From NCBI RefSeq assembly GCF_002571385.2, contig NW_019217790.1, forward strand, positions 1,399,996 to 1,463,995: a stretch of DNA of 64,000 nucleotides. The letters run 5' to 3'. The notes under the pieces were generated by a model. The model worked only from the letters and a program-made list of their open reading frames with translations. It searched no databases and was not told where the DNA came from. The DNA is from Stylophora pistillata. Its lineage: Eukaryota. Positions 34,075 through 46,974 of the stretch are shown here, one piece after another. The stretch's first letter is position 1; every line of letters starts with the position of its first letter. Position numbers and translations under genes: made by a program.

Positions 34075-35045
34075 CCTTGTTGAAAAGCGTTGAAAAACTG
34101 CCTTAATTTACCGTTGGATTTTCATCAAAACCCCGAACTTCGCATCATGTCGGACAGCAATTATCATTACGCTCGAGGAATTTACTAGCTTAGCGTGACG
34201 CATTCCACTAACTTGTTATTGACCTCTTGAATGGATGAAAAGTAATTAAGATCGATAACAAAGAAATAATTATTCATTTGTCTTGTTCTTCTTGTTCAAT
34301 GAAGTGACAATGAGTTTTAGAATAAAGCGCCCGCACATAAATTAGAAAACCGCAGTGACGAAGGACTAACGCTCGAAGCGTCAGCTTTTTTATTCGTTAC
34401 GGTGGCCAATTTACAATTTCAACTTAGTTTATATGACCAAATTACGCAGTTTTTCAATACTTCTCAACCATATTGATGGACTTAGAGTCAGTTAAGCGTA
34501 GGGTCTTTGTGTATACACCCGATTGTACAACACCTGAAAACCATCAACCATGAACGATGCAGCCTCAAGGGTACACATCATGTGCCTTTACATGACCCAT
34601 GACAACCACAATAAAATGCTTGCGTTTTCTTAAATGAAAAGGATCGCCTTTAGATCAAAAAGAAAAATGTTTATCATACATTACGACAGAAGTGAATCAC
34701 TACTGGTCACTGATTAGGTTACTCCAATCGAGAGTAAAACCTCAAAACGAGCAGTCTTTCTTTAACGTTTAGCACAGCCAATAGATGTGCAAGGAAAGGA
34801 TGGGTGGATGTATGTAGCTCTCCCCCCCCCCCAATAAAAAAGCTAACAACGGAAATTCACAATAGCTCTAATTCCCATGTTAGCTAGAGATTGTAATCTC
34901 TTGTTGCTTATCATTTTCACCGAGAGTTCGGTGGAAAATATTCGATAGATTTTTAAGCGGGGGAAAATCGGTGACCCATACGTCTAAAAACCCTTCTTAC
35001 TCTCCTTTTAGCCCACAGGTGGCCCAAGCGTACTGTGTGTGATTT

Positions 35046-35322
35046 TTAACAACAGGTGGCCCAAGCGTACTTTGTGTGATTTTGGGGTCTAAAGGTCATT
35101 AACGGGAATACCTAACATATTGGGATCGAATTTTAAGTGTAGGCGCGGGCTGTCAAAGAAAGGGAAAATTATTATTTCATTTTTTCTCAATTTTTTTTCA
35201 AATTTTCTCTTTTTTAACGGCCCACACTTACGCTTAAAATTCGATCTTAATATGTTAGGTATTCCCGTTAATGACCTTAAGACCCCAAAACCACACAGTA
35301 CGCTTAGGCCGCCTGTGTTTAA
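35046..35322. mobile_element. Fold-back MITE flanked by TTAA, with a duplicated left end at ~35015-35047
   Basis: Inverted arms of ~95 bp (aggtggcccaagcgtac...gtacgcttaggccgcct). Confidence 0.7.
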
Positions 35323-36032
35323 CTGAGTCTTCTTTGCATCCTCTTTTTGTCTGTCATGCATTAAGATCTGGTTAAGGCGCATTTGTGTTCCGTAACGAGA
35401 CACAAACTACTAAGAAGTTGGCCATAGACATACTAACAGACAATAGGAAGGCAAAAATAACAGTCGTTGGGTACTGGGTAGACGTACAAGTTGAAACAGA
35501 TATGAATCATTTTTCAATTTATTTCACTCCCTCCTTCTTACCACCGAAAGAACAAAAAAAAAAAATAACCTCTTGAAAAATATAGTGTAAAAAAAAACTC
35601 ATAAGTAAATTTTCGAGGCCAGCTCATTTTATAGCACATCAAAAATTCCAATTATTTGTCCGTATTTAGAAAATATTTTACCTTTTTTTTCAATCACAAA
35701 CCTTCTGTTTGATTAAATCTTTATCATAATAACATTTAGTTCAGGAAAAATAAAATCTTTGTTTATGATTGTTATCCCTTGATGGCTACTGAAGTACTCA
35801 ATTATCCTCCTGAACGGGTTGTCTTTTAACCCGCTCGTCTTGTTCTGGTTTTTCACTTTTTCAATTTTTCCAAAAGCGCAATCCTGACCTAAAAATAACC
35901 TTTTGCCTCAGTGCTTCCCTTGTGGTTGCGTTATTGATTCGCACGGTGCAACTGAGCATGTGCGGCTTGTGGGTTGAAGGTGACTTGAAAACCATCAAGC
36001 TTTACGCGCAAACACGAAAAATTGGCGCATGC

Positions 36033-39000
36033 TCATGTTTTCAGTGCCACAGTTGTTTCCCACTCATTCGAGGGATGACGTTTGTATCCCAATACCCACC
36101 AATCCTGAGGATATCGACCTCGTTTAAGTAGCAAGAGGAAAGCGGTAACAACGATGATTGAAAGCACTACTACGACAGTTGAAACTATGATGGCTACAAC
36201 TGGTAGGGAGTACCTGGTGCGCACGTGCAGTGGAACAGACTTTACAACCGCTGAACCGAGAGTAGTTAGGGTACTTGAGGGCCTGGGTATCGTTGAACTG
36301 TGACGACGCGGCAACACTGAAATAGACGTAGATTGACAGTTTTTAGTTGAGTGGCTAACAGTGTAGTAGAATGGACATGAAAAGAATGTTGCGGAGAAGG
36401 GGGAGGGGAAAATCAAGAACTGTCGGAAAATTTACTGACACTGCACTGGGCTCCAAGTCGATAGGTCCTAGCTACTTTCTTCACCTGTCTGATTCGTTAT
36501 ACATAATGTCTTCTTGTGCAAAGCACTTCACTCCACAGCGCTTCTCTCGATCCAGGTGTAGAACTTCATAAAAGTCAACCACAAGGAAAATGTGACGAAT
36601 AATCAGAGGGGTTGGAGCAACCGCCATGGATTAGCGTCCCAGGGAGAGATGGAAGGGCTGGCAATAATGCTACTCGTGTTCAACGAAACAGAAAGTAGCT
36701 CTAAAAGGAGGGCATTGGGATCTTCGGTTTTGCGGTCTTGGCTATTAGACCGGTTTTTCGGTTTCTCTGCCAAAATACATTGTTTATTTGGTTTTGGTGT
36801 TCATTGCGGTTTGCGAATTTTCCGTTTTTTAACATTCAGTTTTCGATTTTCCTATAACATACTTATGGTTTTCGGATTTGGTATCCGATGTGGTTTTCTG
36901 TTTTTTCCCATTTGGGTACCGATTTCTCTTAGATCTAAGACTGAGCGGCAATTATGCGCCTCCACTAATGTCGAATCACCGCGAAGCCTCTGTAGGCTCC
37001 ACTTGTCACCACTGTGTCGGATCCATCGGGGTTTTGATATGTCCTGTTATAGCGTACTAGCGTGTGGACCTATCCATGATACTTTTGTACCAAAAGATTG
37101 GTTTATAAGGAACGGTTTTAATGATTACTCGTTGTAGAAAAAGCTGTGATCTTCAGGGGTGTATTTTCTACAACTTACTTGTAGTATTTGGTTCCAATGG
37201 CCACCGCCCCGCCGTCGGCCATTTGGTCAGCGTACAAAATCCCTCTAAGTCACTGCTTTCAGTCGCCATTTGCTCACAGTAACTGTATTCCCCAAAGTGT
37301 TCTCTGTACAGTGCTGGACATTTCTGTCGCATGCTTTCACAATCAGACTTGCAAACTGTTCGAAGAATAATTTCGGTCTCATCCCCCTGAAAACATGGCG
37401 GAGCAAACTCTGCGCAGAAAATCTTTTGAAGTAGTGGAGAACAGAAAGAATGATTTCCAAAGTTGCTCAGCCTTTTCTTGAGAACGATGTCGAGAATCCG
37501 CTGTGATGTCAAAGATTGGGTTGTACGAGTGTAACCAAGATGAGAACAGGAAGACATCGTTAAGTTGGAGCAGCTCTGTGTTAGAGGCGCTGTTCCACAA
37601 AGAAGGAATGTTCAGGAAAATTTGAGAGGAAATTAGGCATAAAACTTTTCATACCCTGGTGTGGCAGAATGGGAGTAACAAGGGGGCAAGAGTATCATAT
37701 AACCCCATACATTAATTATACATTCAGATTAGTAGACTTTGTTTTTAAAGTTTTGTCGTGAAAGACAAAGAAGGGGAATGCATAATCAATATATGGGGTT
37801 ATATGGTACTCTTTCCGTACAAGGGCTGTTATGTGAACCCTTTTTGTTATAAAAAAGATTTGCAATAAAATTAAATAATAAAAAAACTTGCCGTCACAAA
37901 AGCCAACAGGACGATCGTATAAGACGCTAGTCGTAAAACAGATGGCTTACGGAAAAACATTGTCAACATAGTTTCGATCGATGAGAATATAGCCACCCGC
38001 TTAAAATCTTTTTTTTTTTTTCATACCAACCGGAAGCGAATCAAAAGCCATCCTTAAGAAAATATAAGCTCACGAACTACGATAGCGGCGAAATTTCCGA
38101 AGTTTATGTGCATCAACTCAACCCTACAGACTGAGCGTCTTCAAATCTACCACTCTTTACGGACAAGAAAACGAAGATAGATTCACACATGATTTGAAGG
38201 GAAAAATCCAATGAAATCATTATCCTTGACAAATTTGGTGGTAGTGCTTGACCAAAAACTGGTTTGCTCCCTACATGTCACTGAAGAAGATACGTTCTTC
38301 AAAGCCTCCCGACAGAGGTAAATGAAGTGGCCGGGTATTCTGCAATTGCTCCAACTTGTTAAATAACAGATGGGGCTGGCACATGACTTCCTCGTTTTTT
38401 TGTCGCGGATTATGTTCGCTTCGTATCTCAAAGTAAAGCTTTCTTAAGTCTGTTATATTTGGAGGAAACAATATTTGCATTTCATCAGTTATCGCAATGG
38501 TAAAAATATTCGTAGTGACGAGCAATTTAGCTGTTTATAAAGCTGTAACGTAATTTATCAACAAATTAAACGTTTTGGATACTGGAACAAAGCAACTCAA
38601 ATAGAAGCCACTCCCTGGTGAAAGTTTATTTTGGATAGAATGTACACAGCATTTTCGTTGAAGAAAAAAGATCCGTTGTTCAATTAATTACTCGATCTGA
38701 ATTTCAAATTTCTACTTTTAAACGAAGTAACCTCAATTGTTTCACAAGTGGGTGAGACTACGCGAACAAATTGAATAAATTTATTGACGGAAAAGAAATT
38801 TACTCGTCCGCCTCGAGACTTTTGGTTCATGTTTAAAACAAATGACAAAACATTTTTCAGCCGAAATAAATCTACACGTGTTCTTCATATTTAATTTCTT
38901 AAACGGAGCATTTTAAAAACAAATACTTTTCTCTGAAAGGTAACCGGCAAACGCAAATCCCTGATTAGGAATAATTCGAGCAAACGAACAGTGAATTTTA

Positions 39001-39513
39001 AGATGAATGTTTAAAAGGGCGTAGCATTAATATAAATTTTTACTTACTTGTGTTGTCAAGTCGCGGCCTATAATTTCCCGGCAGATAACATTCTTTTCCT
39101 TTGCTGTTATTCTCCGATGACGGCAGCAGATGACAAAGTCCTTTAATCCATTCCAGTTTTTCGTATTCCACTTTCGTCTCACAGTCTCTGACAAAATATT
39201 CGCAGACTCTTCTACATGGCAAAACAGGGCTATAGTTTTCTTCCACGCATTTGGGAACATTAATAGCGCACATAATGGTATCTAAATATTGCGAGCAATG
39301 CCCAAACTGTTGTACTTCCCGTTTCAGATTATGCGCGATGATGCTTTCGCGTAGCGTAGAATTACCGGGAAATTTAGCCGTAAAATTATACCCGGCTACT
39401 TGAATACATCTTTGAAATAAATTCGTATTTAGTCGTTGGCAGATTTGACCGAAAACGGCGGTTAAATACACCAAAAAGAGAGAAATTATCACTGGTGTCA
39501 GCGCAATATTCAT
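36033..39513 (-). CDS. Double Frizzled-CRD single-pass membrane protein, gene C; exons 39048-39513, 37179-37589, 36033-36316
   Basis: Signal MNIALTPVIISLFLVYLTAVFG; CRD1 with GYNFT and CAINVPKC..PVLPCRRVCEYFVRDC; CRD2 ending GFCTLTKWPTAGRW; S/T stalk; TM LPVVAIIVSTVVVVLSIIVVTAFLLLL; tail LGYKRH. Confidence 0.85.
36710..37035. repeat. Dispersed repeat rich in ttttcggttt; inverted related copy at ~50860-51257
   Basis: gggcattgggatcttcggttttgcgg at ~36710 versus aaaaccgaaaatcccaatgccc at ~51235-51257; shared gcggcaattatgc core. Confidence 0.65.
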
Positions 39514-39890
39514 CGCAGACTGCGGATAACGACGAAATATCAACACGTGTAAAATCAAAAGCCCTTTAAATGTGCTATTTTAGATTTCACCTGACTGAGT
39601 CACGTTGACCGCGCGAGTTACCATGGGGAGATTATATTGGGCAAATCAACGTGGAGCACGTTGTGGCCACAAAGCATCTTTCTGAGCAGCCTGGCCAAGT
39701 TTTTAAGGCTTGGTTACATGCAGAGAAGTGTTTATTCTTGTTGTCAATTTTTTTTTGTCATTCTGTCTGTTTCAGCGCAGTGTGAATACCAGAGTTTTCA
39801 ACTGGTGATTTGCATGTGACGAAAAGATCTGGCACCTTTGAGCGGAAGCTGCTTAAAATTGAATTCGTATAGGTAATCACATGATTTCGA

Positions 39891-39926
<36 letters not shown>

Positions 39927-41638
39927 TCAAAGACTAACATGACTAGCATGAGCCCAAAGGGCTAGTGCAATTTGTGGTCTTGGAAAAAAATTTACAAGTG
40001 CTTATTTATTCCAAATTACACGAGAAAAATCATGTGATTACGTATTTATATTATACATAAAAAAATACGAGGTAGCTTATCATAATTATGCAGAAGAAAA
40101 GCGAGCGAATCACTTGCAAAAGTAATTTATTCAAAACCTGCAAGTGACATTGTACGTTCGGTCAAAACAACTGCGTACGATCAAAACAATAAGATAAAAT
40201 GAAATTTCACATCTTTAAGACGCAAAAAAGTTCAAAGTCCGGCCAAACAGTTCAAGGAATTGTTCAGTGAGTTTGGTAATTCAGTGAGTTTCTTTGATTA
40301 TTGACCAATCAGAATATCTGGTTTGTTACTTTCTTTGTACTGAATTAACCCTCTTCTGCACTGAATTACCTGAAAACTGCATTTATCTTAACCAATCAGA
40401 ACTGAGTAATTTTTTCATGTATATTATTAGCCACGTTATTAATGTTAAAGATTTAAAAATGGCTGACAAAAGGTCTGGGCAGTAATGGTAACAAATCGGG
40501 CAAGAATGACAAGATTACGACGAACAATTCATTTACGAACCCTGTTTTTACTTGAAAACCTGGTTTCTATAAATTTATCAGACAGGAGCTACATGAAATT
40601 TGCTGAAGGCTTTGATGAAAAGCCGGCGCGAAATAAAATAAATGAACAATACGACGGGATCCCCAAAAATCACGTTTGATTTTGGACACCAACAAGAATC
40701 ACTATCAAGCTTTATCACACCTCTGTGTGTTTAATGTCAACTTTCTAGAAAGTCTGAGACTACGGTGCAACCTCTTCTGTGGTCTGAATGGAAGTAGCCA
40801 TGCTATTCTGTTTTTTTTATAAATAATTTATCTGAAAGATATCAATTTGTAAAATATGGTGGAAAGCATCATTGAATAAATAGAAGAATATATGAAAATT
40901 TCCGGCTAGCAATATAAAATAAAAAGGAAAAAAGAAAAGGAAACACTCAGTTATCACATGTAATAGGTTAACTAATTGTAAACCTCATGACATGGACTAC
41001 GCTCGTTGCGTGACCAATTCCAATACTATAGTTTTACTTGCTTTTGGTGTGGACTTGGGTACTTGTAACTTGGACCTCTTTTCTTTATTGTTATTCTTTT
41101 GATCGACAACCTTGAGCTTATTATTGACAAAAGAAAAAGAAAAACAATCTACAGTATTATTACTTTATTGGTTGTTATTTAAATTTTGCTGAGTCTAATA
41201 AGTTTGATACCTTAATCTTTATATTCTAGTCATCGTCATGGTTTGCACAATTATTTAAGTCCAAAAAACTTAACTTTTCCTATTGATATTCAGTTGAGTT
41301 GATCATCGGCAAAAGATATCAAAACAAGAAAGTCATTCGATCAATTATGGACAAAGTCGGTGAAAAGGGAAGGAGGGGCTATGCCAACTGCGAACATCTT
41401 CGAAAGCTAAACCGTCTGCTAGTTATAATCATAATGACCCCGGCCAAGGGAAATTACGTTCATAATCATGCTAATTCAATCTGTTTACAAGCGGAATTCG
41501 ACTGAAAATAAACACTGATATCATGTTTTATGCAAAGATTTCCATCAGTAGACCACGGCGTTGCTTTTAGTCTGACGTTACGTAATAAAGTTGGACCTTC
41601 GAGAGTAACAGGACAGACAAACCAAGCCGGTAGCTAAA

Positions 41639-44600
41639 ATGTCATTCCTTGCTTTGTGTGTGATGCTCCTTTGCAGTTTTGACGCTGCTTTGAGTTCTCC
41701 GGATGAGTGGCTCGCGCAACTGAGGTATTTGCGATCAACAAGTGATTCCAAGTGTCACAGTTTTGCTGATGGCCCATTCAGTTTCTGCTCGAAAAGTGGT
41801 TACAATACTACGTTCAAATATCCAGAACATTTGACGGACTCAAAGCTAAATAGGACTGCCATTTCTATTCAACGTGTGCTGTCAACAGTCGATAGTTGTT
41901 CCTTAGATGCCAATGTGGGAGAGTCCTTAATGTGCTCCTTCTTTATCCCACACTGTTCGGGTGGAAAACGAATTTATCTTTGCAGGCGGGTCTGTGGAGA
42001 GTTTTTGAAGAAATGCATGCATAAAGTTCCACCAAATATTGCAGATTACGCCGTCGCTATTTGCCATACGCTCCCAGAGAAAAACAGTGACAAGGAATGT
42101 TTTGAGCCGCCCAACTTCATCACGAACGATAGCGTCAAAGGTCAGAGCTATTCAAGAAGTTAATCTTAATACTACTAGCGTCTTAATTGAGTTCGCTTAA
42201 AGTTAGTATTGACTACCTTACTTGTGCTAATTAACTGCTTGGATTTTCTCTGTGCGTTTCAACAAGTTGCGTATTTTCTTCAAGTCAGGATAAACAAATC
42301 AACCTTCTACATGCATATTCAAAAATTTTGCTTTTTCTTATTTAATAAGTAAACGAAAATTTTAAAAGATGGAAAATTTAGAACAATGCAAGCGGAAATT
42401 TCACACAAACATTTGCCTCAAAATGCTAACATAGTGGAGCAAAACAGCCGATTAATTGTTAGAAAAACATATAATCCCATGGGACATTTCAAGCTTGATT
42501 GCACAAACTGAATGCCCCCTTCTGTGAAGTGTTTAGCGACCCTGACTCTTAGGCAGATAATTGTCTTTGAGAGATAAGTTTTTATACGATCTGATTGGAC
42601 TATTTGTACGTATAATTCAATAGTAGGTCCAAATTCCAGTTCCTCTTTATGCAGATAGATGCTCACTACGCATTTTGATCTCCACTAATTTATAAGAAAA
42701 TAAGTCGAAACGGACTTATCAACGGATCTTTGCTCAAGCAAGACACGACACTAATCTGATTTCTTCCGTTGTGTTATAGAAGTAGATATGTAGACACATG
42801 CACAGTGATCGTTCCAATTCACAGGGTGAACTGAAACATTTTTATGACCGATATCCTCCATGGTTACTGATGGCAACCACTCCAGCCTTATGCGTCGATC
42901 AATATCTACTGGTTAAATTTCCCACCCTACCTAGGCAGGTTCAAATCCCACACCCTGCACCCCCGGTGCAAGGGCGACAGTGAAATGTCCATGGATTGCC
43001 CGTGGAAGCTTTGATGTATCACTATGTATACCGTAGAAGGCTTATTGCGAGTAAGGTATTCTATCTCGCAGTTGTTTCCCTACATGGCTATAGTTAATAA
43101 ATTTGGACAAAATGAGCGGAAGGGGGAGTGGAAACAGATCCCCCTTCCCCCTAAATCTCCACATTTCTCCGTCCCCTTCTGAGCCTCTTGGTAATCTTCT
43201 TGTTAGAGACTACTTCACCTTCCAGGAAAATCCAAAAGGGGTCAATTATTTGCAAAGAAACACTACTACTTTGGTCTTTTTACAGGACCCCTGGACCGAG
43301 GCTGTCAAGAACTGATTCTTCCGGCATGTAAGAATCTGGGCGTGTCCAACCACACTCTCATATCAGTGGAACAACAGAAAATGATTTACACGATGTTCTA
43401 CTACAAAGACTATCAAAACCATAACGTGGAACAAGACTTCCCGCCACAATTGCAAGAAATGTTTAAAAAGTATCCTAAGTGTCAGGAAAATATCAAAAAG
43501 CTCTTTTGTGGAGAGTATTTCTCGCCATGTTTCCCAGAGGAAGGGAAAGGATTTTACTCTATTTGTAAATCGGTGTGCAGCCAAATTCTCAGAGACTGTC
43601 CCAACTTTTTCAGGTATTCATTTCTTCTTTTCTTTTTGATTACAGTTCGCGATCTATGAATAAAATTACCAGCTATAGGTTGAGCTATTGGCGAGGCCAT
43701 TTAAGGTCTCTTAGGAGCAGCGATTGAACGCACTTGCGCGGGGAGTGTCGTGTACATGTACGTCTTGTCATCAGGAATTTATCTTCTCTTGCGGGGCTTA
43801 CATCAATGAGACTGGTCATAATTTATTGCCTAGAGGGGGCTAGAGGAATTGTATTGTATGAAGATAAGTTTATCTGATCCCCAAAAAGTCTCTGTAATTC
43901 TTATGACCCACCCCCTTCCAGTAAATCATCGATAGTCCACCCCCGCACCCCCCCCCCACCTCATTGATAGATAATGACTGGAGCTTAAAAACATGAATAC
44001 AAAGTGATCAGAGCTTTGTTTTTTGGCTATTCATAAGGTAAACCCAATATTAAATTTGACTTTGAAAATTGTTTAGAATTATACATCATCAAGTCATTTT
44101 TTAGTTTAGTCCATTTGATTTGTTTCGTTATTCTTTGGTAGAAATGATTCGCGGGACGCCGAGTTTTGTGCCATATTGGGAACAGAAAATACAACTCATG
44201 GATATTGCAAGCGTACGGAGTGGCCGACGCCATTTAGCTGGGCACGTTATGTTCCAGGTCAGTTAGAAAAATTTTAGGGCTCTAAAGGCAGTAACTAAAT
44301 AACGATCTTTCACTCGATCATTTGGTTGGTCAGCAGTTCTTTTGAAGATCCAACTGTCATTCACCAGTCAGTTTTTTTTTTTTCAATGGTTTGTTTTTGA
44401 GTCGAGATCAGTCTGTTAAAAGAATGTTTTTTTTTGGAAGGTTATTTGGTCTGCTTGAAAAGTCAGAAATAAGTTGGTGACAATTCCATCGTTCTTTCCT
44501 GAAGGATGATAGCAAATGATCACTCTCCTGATCCTGCGTCTTTCTTTGATCAGTCAATGGGGACCTTAAGCAGTCAGGACGGCGGCACTAAGGAAGACGT

Positions 44601-45648
44601 CGATTAAAAAATGAATTTCTACTTTTAATTAGCATTTCGAAAATTGCCGCAGGTGTTTACTATCTCTTACGGCGCCACACCTCAACCTCAGCGTAACGTA
44701 TGGTAGCAGCGCTGTGTTCCAAATGGAAATTACAATAATTTGCCGTCGCAGTTTCCGTTCGCAGACGACGCAAATTTTGGTGATTTCTCGTTGTTGTTTT
44801 GCAAAGGACGGCTAAGAAATGTACAAAGTTTTAAAACGCACGTGCTGAGCTATTGTTCTGCCCACTAGATCTTTTGTTTTGCCATGTCCTCGTTGCCGTC
44901 GCCGTCGGGGTTTGCTTAAGGTCCTTATTCACAAATAGTAAACATATCACAGCCAGCAGAATACGGGGGGACAATGGGGAGAGCGAATTAGGTTACATGC
45001 TTTTATACTACGTGGTACGGCGAGACAGCCCATAGCTCCCTCGTATACTTCTGCGGCCCACTTTAGCAAAGTGAAGCGCGCTCTCTGTTGGTCGATTCAG
45101 TGTCCACCATTTACTCATGGGTGTACGCTGCTGACGTGAGAAAATGCATAGACTAGTTTTCGCGCGCTTGTTTTTTCTTGGTCACGTATGATTTGTTACA
45201 TAAAAGGGAACTCGATGTCATGAAACAAATTGTAAACACCACGGCGCTCACTATTGAGTCACAGATTCACTCAAGAAGCTAGAATCGCTCTCGGCTATCG
45301 CCTCGGGCGACTCTTACGCTTCTTTCGTGCTTAGCAACCTCCCACGTGCATCGATAGTGCACGCTGTTGTGTTCACCATTTGTGAGTGAGACTCTAACAG
45401 GACTTCTCCTTTCTAACAATTTTTCAGATGAGGAAGGACAGTCCACGAAAGAAGCTCCAACCGAAAGCGCCAAGTCTAAAGGTCTCCAAACATGGGTGAT
45501 CGTGGTGTGTGCGCTGGTGGCATTTATCGTTATAGGAATTATTATACTTGTAGCCTTATGCATAAAATGGCGTCGTGCTCCCCTGACCTCAGGGTATAAG
45601 AAACAAGAAAACGATTTAACCACTCTGGAGAATTCAGTTGACCTCTGA
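41639..45648 (+). CDS. Double Frizzled-CRD single-pass membrane protein, gene D; exons 41639-42140, 43286-43613, 44142-44257, 45428-45648
   Basis: Signal MSFLALCVMLLCSFDAALS; CRD1 GYNTT..CSFFIPHC..CRRVCGEFLKKC..CFEPPNF; CRD2 PLDRGCQELILPAC...GYCKRTEWP; TM WVIVVCALVAFIVIGIIILVALCI; tail SGYKKQ...SVDL*. Intron phases 1, 2, 1. Confidence 0.88.
44559..44926. mobile_element. MITE, possibly Harbinger-like, in gene D intron 3
   Basis: TIRs GGACCTTAAGCA / TGCTTAAGGTCC. Confidence 0.65.
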
Positions 45649-46974
45649 ATGCTGGCATCACTTCATGCAATGCTGAGAGAACTCAGGAATTATTAGAACA
45701 ATTCTCACAAATCTTACCAAGCACCTGTGTGTCCAAACATGGAAAACCCTAATTAAGGAGAAATAAACACATTTTAATGATTTTCAAACCTCGTTTAGCC
45801 AGCTGATGTTTTAGCAGTGAAATTGTATTAATCCGTCAAATTAAAACAATTTCCAGTTTTAAAAAGTAATGAAAGTTTTGTAAAACTAAACGTAATAAAA
45901 TTTAGCTGTTGTAAATCGAAGTACTACGCTGTTAAAAGTGGCCTTCAACGAAATCTTGTTCTTAGATTCTACAGTGAAGCTGAAATGTCCACTTAGCCGT
46001 GAAGGACTGGGTACGAGACTAGTTTCAACGTTGAAAAAGCCTCGTTAAAAAGCGAACGTCGCTCACACCCTCTGATGGTACTTGGCTGGTTCATGTATTG
46101 TTAACTTTTGGTAGGAACTCTTCTGGAAAGCGAAACAGGGATGACGAGATATTTGTAGCCTGCTAGCAGACCCAGGCCCTCGCCATCAGCGCTGCAGGAC
46201 GCGTTTTTCGCCGCTCGCGGGAAGATTTTGAGATGATTCGAGGAAAGTTTTTTCCGGGGGTCTGGCACTAATGTTGAGTGCTAGATTTCTTTAGTCTTGT
46301 GCCCAGACCTTCCACGACCAAGCACGGTAGGATCGGAGTACGAGAATAAGACCCCTTTCAGACCACTCGCTCTCGCCGGCTTGCATTGCTCAAGACCCAG
46401 TACCTTCTTGCGGGCGAAAAATCCCCGCGCCGAAGCGCTAGTAAGTGGGGCCTACGAGCATGCTAAATATTCAATAAAACAGTTATCCAGTAGAGAGGTT
46501 TACATAAGAACTCCTTGGAAGCAGACGAATAAACACGGCAAAACAGTATTTTAGTGATATCTTCACTTCCAACTTCTTCATTGAAAAATCATTGTCTATC
46601 CCGCACACTTGTCCGGTGAAGACCAATCTTAAGTTATATTTGCATTGGTGTGGTCGATTGTGACGATGAAGGCAAACACTCGGCTAAACAACATAATTAA
46701 GGTGACTTTTATCAAAAAATATGTAATGGACCGCCTTCTTTTGATAAGAAATTGTATTGTTTATAATTTTAGATATGAAGGATCTACCGATTCAGCCAAC
46801 TTGGTAAAACAAATGAAAAATCAATCAGAATTATAGGCATGCGCTAATACGAGAAACCAATCATGGCGTTATAACTACTCTAAAATATTAGCTCTTCATC
46901 CGTGAAATATTATCAGGAGCTGCTAAAATGAGAGCCGAACCCTCACTGTGCTCATGTTTTGAAATATTCTAAGA

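Noticed and set aside
36592-37137. 181-aa plus-strand ORF
   Set aside because: Overlaps a low-complexity dispersed repeat in a gene C intron; no recognisable domain.
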